A DNA stretch of 64,000 nt from Paraspadella gotoi (taxonomy: Eukaryota; Animalia; Chaetognatha): NCBI GenBank assembly GCA_051294375.1, contig CM119271.1:13578372-13642371 (forward strand), read 5' to 3'. The position numbers were made by a program, and so were the translations under genes. Under the pieces are notes generated by a model. The model was not told where the DNA came from and searched no databases. It saw nothing but the letters and a program-made list of their open reading frames with translations. The stretch's first letter is position 1. Every line of letters begins with the position of its first letter. This document shows positions 29,024 to 41,430 of this stretch, in pieces.

Positions 29024-30812
29024 TATGACGACGGACGACGACGACGACGACGACGTCTTCCATTGTTGTCGGAAGCAAAAAGCGAAACTTTTAAACGAAG
29101 AATCGAAAAACTGATATCGAGAGAAGAAAAAAGAGGATTAGCGATAGACTCACGTGGGGATGGGGAAGAGATGGGGAAGAGATGGATATTAGATGGGGAA
29201 AAGATGTGTAAGAGATGGATATTAGATGGGGAAGAGATGGGGAATAAATGGGGAAAAGATGGAGAAGAGATGGGGAACAGAGGGGGAAAGATGGGGAACA
29301 GATGTGGAATTTGAAGGGGAACAAATGGGGAACAGGTGGAAAGAATTTGAAATAGGCAACGGGGGTGACAGATGGGAAGGAAAAAAATATTTAATGAGCA
29401 GGTGGATTTTTTTTTTATTTTGAAAGACCAAAGATAATTAAATATTTAAGAATTTCAAGATTGCTTGTTTTACCATATTAGACTGTATTAAACTAAATTT
29501 TAAAATGAATATAAAAGTTTAAAATATATCAACCATCATTCTTACTATTTGCCCTAGTTTTCTAAGAAGGTAACATTATGATAATAGGCAGGGATGAAAA
29601 GAGAAGCGAAAAATAGTCGAAGAGAAGTGAATAGATAGTGAATAGATAGTGAATAGATAGTGAATAAATAGAGAAGAAAATAGAGAAAGGAAACTGGACA
29701 ATGGATTTGAGGGTTGGAATAGATTTGGTGAACGAATGCAAGAAAAGATTAGGAGAAAAGGAAAAGAGAATGGAATTGTGATTGTTGGGGGGAAAAAAGA
29801 TGGAAATGGAAATATTTTAGGGAAAAAAGGGAAAAGAAAAGGAATGGAATGGAATGGAATGGAAAGAAATTTTAAACTGTAATGAGATGTAACAACTAAG
29901 AGTAGCCCTCAGTATTACTGAGTCAGTAATGCAATTCTTTCAATATTTGGATGAGAGGAAATCGTCAGAAAGTTAAGATAATGTTCTTAAAATATTTAAA
30001 TAATCCTGTAATAAAAGAGTAATTTCTTACCGAGAACCCATTTCTAGAATAACTATTTTTTTAATGCGAACTAATTTTTAAATAATCCCGTATTAGATTA
30101 GTTATTTATAAATAATCTCGGCGCACTAATTCTTTTTTAATTTTACTGCGAACTAATTTTTGATAAGAACCTCGTACTATATTATTTAGTCTTTTAACTG
30201 CGAACTGATTTAAGCCTTCGATTTTTAAACGAACTCGAAAGAAAGTTGTATAATTTTATTATGAACTTATATTTTATTGATCTATGTTTTATGATTCGTT
30301 TAAATATCAATAACCTTGTAAAGTTCGGTCCCGGTGTCAACGTGTGTGGAATCGAGGAGAGCCCATCATACGATTCATGCCTACATTTTATTATTTTCGT
30401 CTTCTACACTAATTTATTAATACTTTTATCATTATTACTATTATTACCGTACCATTTTATTAATCTACTTTCATGAGAGGTTTAAATAAAGCAGTTAAGT
30501 TTCTGTTCTTTCTTTTCTTTTTCCTTCAAATGTATTTTTTCTCTTCTTGGTTTCACATTTTTTTCTCCTTAATCGAATCAACGTCATTGTTCGATCCCAA
30601 ATGACCACCTGGAATTTCTCCACTGGCTTCTTTTCTCCCACCAACATTTGTTGGTCTTTCGTCGGTCTCTCGTCGCTCATCGCGGCCGCCACGAAGGTTC
30701 GAGTCTTGAAGACAATGCAACGATAATCTCTCACGTGACCAGAAGTGGAAAACAAAAAAGTGAAGCCAACTGACTCTCTCTCTCTCTCTCTCTCCTGGTT
30801 TCGATCCGCGAG

Positions 30813-30820
30813 TATAAATA
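30813..30820 (+). promoter_or_regulatory. Candidate TATA box of the RRM gene
   Basis: TATAAATA in a GC-richer context about 280 bp upstream of the ATG at 31097. Confidence 0.35.
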
Positions 30821-31096
30821 ACCTCGCCTCATGATCTCACTCACCATAGAAGAAAAAAAATAATCGCTGCCGAAATTTTCGCAATTTCCCATTTAGACAA
30901 ACGCTATCACAAACGCTATCACACACGCTATCACAAACGCTCCGTGAAACACCCGTAATTTCGCTCCCAATTCCATTTGACATTTTCAATTTTAATTTTT
31001 TAACTTAACGATTCACATCCAAATTTCCATCCAAACGGAACTTTCATTTTAACATCCAACGAAATATAATCCGAGCTCCTTATTCAAATCCCAACG

Positions 31097-31413
31097 ATGG
31101 CTTCCTCGCCAACCACGACCGCCTGCGACACCTCAAACCCTCCAACNNNNNNNNNNNNNNNTCCTCACCAACCACGACCGCCTGCGACACCTCAAACCCT
31201 CCAACGACCCGACCCAAGATCTTCGTCGGCGGTCTCCCGCCCTCCGCGACCGCCTCCGATCTCCAAGCCCACTTCTCAGAGTTTGGCGACGTCGTCTCCG
31301 CCAACGTGGTGTTCGATCGATCGACGGGCGTCTCGAGATGCTTCGGTTTCGTCCTCTTCGCTTCGATGGAGGATGTGGACCGAACGATGAAGGCCGAGAG
31401 GCATTGGATTTTG
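31097..31413 (+). CDS. Multi-RRM RNA-binding protein, exon 1 (RRM1, hnRNP A/Musashi/DAZAP1-like)
   Basis: Removing the ~45-bp duplication around the 31147-31161 gap gives MASSPTTTACDTSNPPTTRPKIFVGGLPPSATASDLQAHFSEFGDVVSANVVFDRSTGVSRCFGFVLFASMEDVDRTMKAERHWIL. RNP2 is IFVGGL and RNP1 is RCFGFVLF. The phase-0 donor is TTG|GTAAGT at 31414. Confidence 0.88.
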
Positions 31414-32334
31414 GTAAGTTTATCTTTATCAGATGCATTCATTTTCATATCTTAAAATCACTATCTCTTTTTCACTTCTGTTACGAAATGATTTTCAAAC
31501 TTCTCTCCTTTAAACCCTTGCTCTTTTGTCGCGGTCTTAACTGCACGGCAAGTGCCGTTAGGTTCAGCAACTTAGCGACATCTTTAGTTACGATTATTGT
31601 ACTAAGTATATATTCAGACTCCGATACGCGCAGCGTGGCGGACGCTGATTGGCTCCCGGGCTCGCGGGTCTCAACACGCGAGTGCCAAAGTGGAGCCTTC
31701 CGTAATCAGACCAGTTCACCACTTGCTTTTTAACGGCTTTTTTAAATGCTATTAAAATTAATCAATAGATATTCGGAGATGTTAAGATAATAATTTTTTT
31801 GTAATCTTTCTTTCTCTCATTCACTCACTAATTCAGTCACACTTCCCCCCCCCATTCCCTCACTCAATAACTGTTTTTATTTTTTCACATTCAGTTAACC
31901 GAGCAACTAACTTACCCTTTATCCCACTCGTTACTCAGTTATTCATTAAACTCCCAGCGAGTTCCCCTTTCTCTTATTCCTCCTCTCATTCGCTCACTCA
32001 CTCAATTACTTACTCATTTTCTCACTCACTCACCTTCCGACACAACCTCTGACTCACTAAATCACTTTCTCCCTCTCTCAATAACTCATTCTTTCACCTG
32101 CTCGCTGACTCACTAACTCGATCACTCCCTCACAAACTGACTTACTTACTCGCTCACTCCTACGGTCAATCATTCAGTTTCCCATTCTTTTACTCACCGA
32201 TCTACTCAATCTTTTGATCCCTCACTCATTTTTACTTCCTTTCCAACTCTCATATTTTTCGTTTTATGCAAGTTATAATCACTTATCATAACATACATTC
32301 TCACAAACCAATTTTTTATCCTTCCCCCACGCAG

Positions 32335-33456
32335 GGTAAACCGCTAATCACCCGCCACGCCCTTTCCCCCGGCGATCAGCGACTCGAACAGTTCCGCCCG
32401 CGCAAAGTCTTCGTCAGCCCAATTTCCCCCGACACCCTCGAAGGCGCCTTCCGCTCCCTCGTGGAAAGAGAAGGCGGTCAGATCGAAAATCTTCGCTTCG
32501 AATCCCAACGCGGCTACGCCATCGTCGACTTCGCCTCCGCCGACGACGCCAAGCGGCTCGTCGACGCGCGTTACCTCCTTCTCGGCGGTCTGGTGCTGCG
32601 GGTCAAGTTCGCCGGCTCCGACATCCCAAGCAGCCCGTCGAACCTCGCCTATTCGTCACCGGCATCCCAGACTTCTACGACATCTCCCAAGTCTACGATC
32701 TTTTCGGCTCCTTCGGCAAAGTTCTCGACGCTCGTCTGCTGCGCGACCCGCAACGCGACTGCTGCGAGACGTGCCACGCTGGCGCGGCGTTAATCCGCTT
32801 CCAGGACGTCGACCTGGCGCTCGAACTTCACCGCGAGGGGAGGATCTCGTTGGGAAAGGAAGACGTATTGACGGTGTGGTTATTGGAGAGAGAGGAAGTT
32901 ATGAAGGAGAAGAGAGAGAAGGAAGAGAGAAGTATGACGTGGCGTCGTAAAGATGCGACATCTTCGAGCGGCTCAACGGACTCTTCCTCTAGACCCTCGA
33001 GTCGCTCGTCCACATTCTCCCGACTCTGGGGAAGAAGTCTTTTGGAGTTGGCCTTCAAATGAAGACGTTCTCTTCCTCATCCGCCGTCATCCTTTACGTC
33101 AAAAAATTTACAGCGAGAATCTCACGGCCGCATTACACACTGGGCTGCATCTGGCCTTCGCCCCGGACGGCTGCTGCCTCGCGGAACCCAAGACCATCGA
33201 CACTCCAGGGCCAAGTACATCGAGCCGGCCGACAACTTCTATCTCACACCTCCGAGGGGAGCCGTCTTTGCGAACCACTCCGCCCGCGAGAGACTCGACC
33301 GATTGGTTGATGGGAGCGAGGCGAGGCTTCGAGGCGGAGCGAGAGTATCGAATGTTCGTCAAAATGCTGTAGGCGATTGCGGACGAGCAGATGCGGCAGC
33401 GGAACGAAGAAGATCGCGCGGCGAGGGAGAAGGCGTGCCGTTTATTCGGAGTATGA
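32335..33456 (+). CDS. Multi-RRM protein, exon 2 (end of RRM1, RRM2, RRM3, C-terminal tail); frame interrupted at ~32627, ~32951 and by TAG 33370-33372
   Basis: Pyrimidine tract and GCAG|GGT acceptor join in frame: GKPLITRHA...RKVFVSPI...RGYAIVDFASADDAKRLV (RRM2). After a shift in a C run the frame reads PKQPVEPRLFVTGIPDFYDISQVYDLFGSFGKVLDARLLRD...AALIRF (RRM3). A further coding-like frame runs to TGA at 33456. AATAAA lies at 33509. Confidence 0.75.
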
Positions 33457-34402
33457 ATTCGAAAAGGATTTTTTTTAAAGAATCCAAGAATCCGATCTCA
33501 ACTTGATTAATAAATTGTAGACGTTCTTTCCTTTTTTTTTGCTTTAGATTAGTTTTAGTTTAGTTCGCAGTTTAATTTTATTACAGTTGTTGCAATTGTT
33601 TCCACGATGTGCAAGTTATTTTAGATTCACAATATAAGTTTTAAAACCTGTAAATAGAGGATTTTATGAACAATAATAAGATTTATGAAGATTCCTAGGA
33701 GTTTTATGTTTCTAATTGAGAACGAGATAAAAATAGATTAGTAACTTTATTAAGGATTCAATATCCAGCAGAGCCGAGACGCAGCAGCAGCTCAAAGATA
33801 CATAAGTTAAAATTAATTAACATATTCAAGTAATTTCACAAATATCATTTTATACCTGATGGTCTCACAGGAATCTCCCAAAAATAAAGAATATACTTTC
33901 CTTTTATATTCAAGAATAAAATTATAACAACCAATGAGAGGAGAGTTCACTTTGAGAATACAATCAAAACATCTACTAGTTAATATTAACCAATGAGAGA
34001 CCAGATATTCAAATTCAAAGTATAAAATTCAACCAATTAGAGCTAAAGGCAGAATTAACGGTGTCATTTAATAAAACTTTAAATTCAGATATTTTTCCCT
34101 TTAAAACTAAAAGGTCAGGGCTCAATTCAGATAAATATTATTATAAACTTTTTAACAACTTATCAGTTTTGAAACATAGCCAAGCACTCTGGGAGTTGAA
34201 AAACAGGGACAATGGAAAGCAATGAAAAGGCGACAGGGTAACAGGGCCTATGGGACATGGATTGACAGGGGGCATGGAGAAGGGGGTGACAGGATGACAT
34301 GGCAAGGGAACTTGTTTTCTTTACGATCTGGATTCTCCTTTTATTTTCTTCTTCTTTTTTTAAGGGCGACATAAAATAGGAGGGAATATCGACGTCTCAC
34401 TC

Positions 34403-34464
<62 letters not shown>

Positions 34465-35088
34465 CTTCCAAAATGTTTTCCAATTTTTTTCTCCTCCTTT
34501 TAAACGTCGATGTTGCCGGAGGGAAACGGGGCGATATAGGGACGGGAGAGAGAGACAGAGCGAGACAACGAGAAAAATCTCCGAAAGAGAGGGAGACAGA
34601 GAGCGAGACAGCTTTGTGCGTCCAAACAGATTCCGTTTTATCGACAATTTCTCTCTCTTTATTTTTTTGACTTTTTGGTTTTCGCGCCCAAAAACTTTTC
34701 TTTTCTCTTTTTTCTTATTGTTTTTTTCCGAGTAGGTCTGTTTACGTATATTAGCTATTTGTTTTTAGTTATTGGGTCATTTGTTAATCTATTTGTTCAT
34801 TTGCTTTTTTTTCCCGTCAGTTTGTTAGTTCGTTACTTAGTTTTTTGTCTTTTTGTTAGTTAACATCAGTTTGTCAGTTTGTTGTTTATTCCGGGATATT
34901 TTCCTACATTTTTAAAATCTGTCAAGAGAGGTTTTATATTTAGGAACACACAATTTAAATTCAAATAAGATATTCTTACTCTAAATATCGCTTCAGTCGG
35001 CCCAAAATATATCTTTGAAAAGAGAAAAAAAAAGAATTCTAAAAAAGAAAAAAATAATATTCATTGGAAAAAAAGTAAAAAGAAAAAA

Positions 35089-35432
35089 AAACAAGATCGG
35101 TTCATCCAAAGTGTTGCGCCGCACTGACTTTATTTTTACGTGTATTTCTCGTGACATAATATGACGTGACATAACATGACATAACATGATTACAAAAACT
35201 TTCTTCACCTGTGCATTTATCGAAATTCCGTCTTTCTTTATAGTTTTAGGATTTCCTGAGGGCGGCGCGAGCAGTCACTTAGATATGAGATTTATTTCCG
35301 TCTTAACAATGAGGAACCAACTATATGTATTTTTAACGTAAGTGGGACAGACCAACCGACAGACCGACCGACTGACCGACCGAAAAGTGACTTATTGAGT
35401 TGCTCCGCGAGTACTCGCGGCGCAACTAAAAA
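35089..35432 (-). mobile_element. HINE/DINE-1-like copy, reverse orientation
   Basis: GAGTTGCTCCGCGAGTACTCGCGGCGCAACTAAAA at the right end, (GACC)n, and AAACAAG...GTGTTGCGCCGC at the left end. Confidence 0.7.
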
Positions 35433-35501
35433 GCCTTCCGTTTTTCCTTCACCTTTAATCCCTTAACTTGCGACTCTATTTTTAAACAATTTCTTACGGT
35501 T

Positions 35502-35555
<54 letters not shown>

Positions 35556-35613
35556 CGTCGTCCCCCTCTGCGATTTTCGTGATGAACGAGTTTTTAAGGT
35601 AGATGAGAAGAAG

Positions 35614-35655
<42 letters not shown>

Positions 35656-36363
35656 AGAAAAGAAGAAAGAAAGAAAGAAAGAAAGAAGAAAGAAGAAAAG
35701 AAAGAAAGAAGAAAGAAAGAAAGAAAGAAAAAAAGAAAGGAAAGAAAGAAAGAGAAAGAAGAGAGGAGAGAGAGAGAGAGAGAGAGCAAGAGAGAGAAAG
35801 AAAGAAAGAAAAGAGAGAGAGAAAGAAAGAGTTAGGGAAAGAAGCAAAGAAGAGAGAGAGAGACAGAGACACACAGAGAGAGAGAGAGAGCGAGTCATTC
35901 CGCTCTCGATTCCCCAAAGTGAAAAAGAGTTATTTCTATCGCATTTTTTTTTGCATCGAGATTCTCGACCCGATGACATTAAAAAGGGGGAGGAGCGAAA
36001 AGTTCAATCGGAGAAATATGAATTTTTCTGCTCATTGATTGGGTAAAATATTTCGATTCCGAGCCTTTTGATTGGCTGAAAAAGTATTGAGATCGAGGCT
36101 GGAGCGATAGACGTGATACAATATGAGATAGATCAGCGAGATTTAATCGGGTACATTTTTCACGACGAATGTTAATAATAAGACGGAGGTACTATTGGCG
36201 CAATGTCTGTCTTTCTGTCTGTCTGTCCGTTTGTCTGATCGACGTCAGATTCCGTTTCTCCTTTTTACGAGCGTAAACCGAAGATCGGGATTTTATACGA
36301 TATTAATGAATCTCTCTGGGTTTTCGGCGCTCTATCTCTCTCTCTCTCTTCTCCTCTTCCTCT

Positions 36364-36405
<42 letters not shown>

Positions 36406-37094
36406 GCCATTTTTCTTTCCCCAAGAAGTCATAAAAAATAAAGAAAAAGTAGCAAAAACCTGAGATAAAAAAATAATTTTTCTCTCCTAATCGATTTTCA
36501 TGCCGCAGATTATTTTTTTTTTTTTTTGCGGATATATTGAAAGCAAAAAAATTAGCGAAGCCAATATTTTTTTTTCCCTAAAAATTACGATGTTTAATTT
36601 TCGGTCCTTTATACCGGGATATCGATCGAAAAAAAAAATTATTTAATGGCTAAAGTATGACTTTTATATTATATTTTGGTGCAATATGAAATTTCTTCGC
36701 CCAAAACAAAAATTATTTAGTCGTTTTATAAACTTCCAAACTTCTACATATCAATGAAGAGGTACAATCTTCAAGAAGCTGTTTCAATTATATAAAAGGA
36801 TCACTTAAGTATGAAATCGTAAATCGTGAAGTACTATATTGTGCTCTGTTGTGAACTTGGTACAACAAATATAATATTAATTTTAAAAAAGACAATTCAA
36901 AAACTTAAATACGTAACGATTTTAGATCAACTCTGCGTAATAGATAACTAAATCACATAACTAAACCCTTTCGAGTAATAAATAACAATATATGGAGACG
37001 TTAATGTAAAAGCGACATCTGGTGATAATCAAGCGAAGAATGGAGGCGTTGCCTACGTTTCGGGGGAAACCGCAAGGTCATCGCATCGTCATAA

Positions 37095-37127
<33 letters not shown>

Positions 37128-38318
37128 TCTTTTCTTTGATGTCGTCGTTCCGGAACTTTCCCCAAGCGACAAATTTTCATCGACGGTATTATCTCGAAAT
37201 TGTTTTCGTCGTCGTCGGCGTCGTCGTCGTTGTTCTTAAAATCGGCATTGTTGTTGTTTTCGTAATCGTCTTTGTCGTCGTCGTCGTCGTCATCGTCTTC
37301 GTCATCGCCATGTTTCCTTTGTCTTTGATTTCTCGTTTTTCGTTTTTAATCTTTAGTATTTAATTTTAATTTACCTATAATTGTATAATAAGAACCGAAA
37401 CATGTACGTTTTTACAAATTAAATCGTTATTTTTTTTCTAAATAAAAACTCTCTACTTTGTAAACTATTTTATTTTAATTTAAAATTTTCGATTGTCTTT
37501 TGTCTGAAACGACCTTCGTCGCCATTTTTTTAAAAGTGAATATTTTCGAAGAGGGGAAAAAAACTCTCACGTTCCGCGTTTCTGGAGAACGTTGGTTTCG
37601 TTCTCTCGTCAAAAGCAAACAGTGGGTTGAGTTTTCCGTCTGTTTTCACGGACAATTGGACATAAAGGGATTTTTTTTAAACAAAAGCCAACGTCTATGT
37701 TTTTTTTATGTTCTCCGTTTTAAGTTTGAACCTTTCGTAAAAAGAAACAAAATTTCATAGAGCGTACAGCTAGAAAAGTGGAGAGAAAATGTGAGAAAAA
37801 ACGGTTTAAGGGAACTAAGTGCCTAGGGGGGGTAAAAAGCTGAAAGCATAATGTTTGATCCTTTAAATCAATCTGGTTCCGACTATACAATTCTTTCATC
37901 TATAATCATTGTACAGTAAAAAATAAAAATATGAAATTTAGTAAATAATACTTTCTGTTGCAAAAAAAAATAATAGATTATATAAATATTTAGGTAGGAT
38001 CAATTATAAATTGTTTTCATAATTATTAAATTTTTGTTTCCGCTACAATAAGAGTTAGGAATTTTTTCGTCACTTTCACATACAAAAATAATTTAATGAT
38101 TTTCACCATTCAAATTCTTTTGATGATAGACCCTTAAGCTTATGATATCATTTCTATCACTGGGTCCCCTTAAAAAAAACGTGACAAAGAAAGAAAAACA
38201 ATTCTTAAAAAAAAAAGAAAGAAAGAAAAAAGAAATTGGTTGAAGCGACGAGAAGGATTTTAACCTTGAAGATCGCTCAATTTCTTATCTCTCTCTCTCT
38301 CTCTCTCTCTCCTTTCTC

Positions 38319-38366
<48 letters not shown>

Positions 38367-39295
38367 GAAATCATCATAACGGTGGCCATTCTTCCATCCC
38401 GGTGGCTCCTCTGATACTCTGGCTCTCCAATACTATGGATCCCGACGTTCTCTACAATTTCCCATTTGGGTCTCATCTTCTCTCCGATCCAAGGACGAAG
38501 GGGGGGGGAGAGAGGGGGGGAGTAGAGAATAGGGGGCTCAATGGGGGGGCGGAGGCGGGGCGGAGCGGTTGAGGCGCTCTCCTTTTTCCCGCGACAACCT
38601 TTCGCTGTCTCTTTACGACGTTACAATGGGATCTTTTGGTTACATCAAGTCACCCTGACGTTTCGTTAAAAAAAACAGTTGTACATTAGAGGACGAGCCT
38701 AGCTATTTAACCCATGAGCTTTTTTTACATTTATTTTTATACCGGTGTGGAGATAAATTATAATAAAGTATTATTACGAAATCTATGGTTTAGTTTTGTG
38801 CTCGTATTTAGTTACACAAGTTAATCGATTAATTGATTAATTGATTTCAGTTAACTCTTAGGATCAGGGATCGGGCTATCGTTTTGTTATTAAATTAGGT
38901 ATTACGTAGATTAAGGCTAGATACAAGGGTAATGATATTAGGCATTACCAAACATAAACGGGTCGCTTTTGAAAAAGAGAGCCATTCTCCCCTTTTCTTC
39001 CTTCGGAGATAAAGCTCTTTCTCCTTTTACGACGTCGCGCTTCTGCCGAGCGAATCCTCATCCCACCGAGTAACCTCCCTTCTCTTGCGACGGAATCACC
39101 TGTGTCCTTTATCTGGCAGCAACGCCTGATTATATTGCGCATTCTCCTGATTACATTGTACAAACTATACAAACCTTATAACCAAAGCCTCGGAACGAAT
39201 AGTGGAGGAGGACGAGATGAGAATAAAAATGGCGAACGATTTGTTGAAAAAGCGAATGGAATCGAATTGGCTTAATTGTAGAATGTGGCATTTGT

Positions 39296-39416
<121 letters not shown>

Positions 39417-39760
39417 CTTTGGTTTACATTACAATACAATATAAAAAAGAATTCATAATAAGGTAAAGGTTTGAACATAGGGAGCAAAATAATATTTTAG
39501 CGGGTTGTGGAATTTATAAAGAATTCTTTAACCTATTTAATTTTCATTATAACTTAATACAACTTAACATAACAACACAAAACAACTTAACTTAATACAA
39601 CCTTATACAACTTAACCTAACAATAAGTTAATACTATAACTTAGTAACTTAATACATCAAGATCTCCATTGAATGAAACTAGGGCGGCTTCTTTTTGTTT
39701 GTCGACGCGGCAACCGTTATTTGTAGGTGTCGCCTCCATCGCCTAATTCGACCCCGACGG

Positions 39761-41176
39761 GAAACTAAACTGACTCCAGACAGCGCCCTCGCCTGAAATT
39801 CAGTTAATTACCGTCTAATTATTAATTTCAGGCAGGGCGTGTCTGGAGTCAGTTTAGTTTCAGTTTAATTAATTAATTTAATTTAATTTAATTAAATTTC
39901 AGTTTAATTACCGTCTAATTATTAATTTCAGGCGAGGGCGCTGTCCTGGAGTCAGTTTAGTTTCGTTTAATTAATTAATTTAATTTAATTTTAATTTAAT
40001 TAATTCAGTTTAATTACCGTCTTAATTATTAATTTCAGGCGAGGGCGCTGTCTGGGATCAGTTTTGTTTCAGTTTAATTAATTAATTTAATTTAATTTAA
40101 TTTAATTAATTTCAGTTTATAATTACCGTCTTAATTATTAATTTCGGCGAGGGGCGCGGGGGGCCTGTCTGGAGTCATTAGTTAGAGGTGTCAGGATATT
40201 GGAAGGCGCTCAGTGGGCTGAAATACTACCGTAAACTTCTATAACCCCTTTAGTGCCATGGAACGGGTCTGGGCTTGGAACCAGGCTGAGGGGTTGCCTA
40301 CGCCCGCCAAGGCGCTTTCCGCCGTCACCCACGCTTCCCGCAGGGTAGGTACGGGGTTGGGATTGAAAGCCGGTACCCTAGGTGCAGAAGCTGATGCTCT
40401 TACTCAATGAACGCTCCGGTCAGGACTGAAGGTGTCATGCTTATAGGCGGGGTGAAGCCTAGGTAAGTGCCCGCTACATGCCCCCTCAGATGTAACCCAC
40501 TGCACTGCTTCCCAGTGGAGGGAGGGGAGCAATTCTTCAGCTATCGTCCATGGCCGGAATCAGAAGGGTTGGAATACGCCTCGACAGGATGGGCTTACCA
40601 GTGGTGGAATAAGGCGCTAGTGGGCTGAAGATGACTATCAACCGTAACTTCTTATAACCCCTTTAGTAGCCCATGGAACGCGGGTCCGGGCTTGGAACCC
40701 AGCTTGAGGGTTCCGACGCACCCAGCGGCTTACGGCCGTCCCACACGCGTCCGCAGGGTAGGTACCTGGGAGTTGGGATAACGTAAATGGACAAATCAGT
40801 GAATGTTCTACGAATGAGCACGCGGTCAGGACTAAAACAATGCAAAGCGGGGTGAAACCTAGGCAAGCCCGACTTACAACGTTTAGTTTCAGTTTAATTT
40901 AATTAATTTAATTTAATTTAATTTAATTTAATTAATTCAGTTTAATTATCTGTCTTAATTATTAATTTCCAGCGCATTGGGCGCTGTCTGGATCATTCTA
41001 GTTTCATTATAAATTAATTATTTTAACATTAAGTTAATTTAAATTTAATTAATTATTTCAGTTTCAATTAGCCGTCATACATTATATAACTGTCTGGAGT
41101 CAAGGTTTAGTTTCAGTTTAATTAATTAATTTATTTAATTATCAAATTTAAATTTAATTAATTCAGTTTAATTACC
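39761..41176. repeat. ~100-110-bp satellite (GC core CAGGCGAGGGCGCTGTCTGGAGTCAGTTTAG plus (TTAAT)-rich spacer), interrupted at 40178-40880
   Basis: ACCGTC recurs near 39810, 39910, 40015 and 40125, with more units at 40881-41176. An inverted partial unit at 39761-39800 forms a hairpin with the first direct unit. Confidence 0.85.
40178..40880 (-). mobile_element. GC-rich non-coding insert with two diverged ~270-bp direct repeats; possible non-autonomous retroelement
   Basis: Splits a satellite unit at GAGTCA|GTTTAG. Repeat A (about 40203-40478) and A' (about 40611-40878) share blocks such as ATAACCCCTTTAGT, GGGCTTGGAACC, CCGCAGGGTAGGTAC, CGGTCAGGACT and GCGGGGTGAA-CCTAGG. The strand is inferred from a short CTAACTAA end. 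Confidence 0.55.
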
Positions 41177-41430
41177 TGTTGTGAAGGCACTAAATAGGTT
41201 TATTGGCAGGTTAAAAATAACAGGAAACAGAGAGAGCGTTACAACTGTTACATGATTATTGAGATGAGACTAGACTAAGAGAGCAGCGCATGGTTAAGGA
41301 CAGAGAGAAAGAAGAAGAGGGAAGAAGAGAGAAGAGAGAGAGTTAGTAACCGGCTTCTCTCCGCTGCGACCACACACAGAGTGACCAGGCTGGGGTCATC
41401 TCTGTGCGACGAAACCTTTCGTCGCCAACA
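41177..41430 (-). mobile_element. 3' LTR (254 bp) of an LTR retrotransposon
   Basis: Termini TGTTG...CAACA. AATAAA lies ~25 nt before the end on the - strand. Immediately preceded by the PPT-like GCGGGGGCCGTGGGA (41431-41445). Confidence 0.7.

Noticed and set aside
31103-31206. Tandem repeat in the RRM protein N-terminus
   Set aside because: Near-identical ~45-bp copies either side of a 15-N gap indicate an unmerged contig overlap.
38495-38570. G-rich tract with GGGCGG boxes (promoter or G-quadruplex)
   Set aside because: No adjacent gene could be identified to support a regulatory call.
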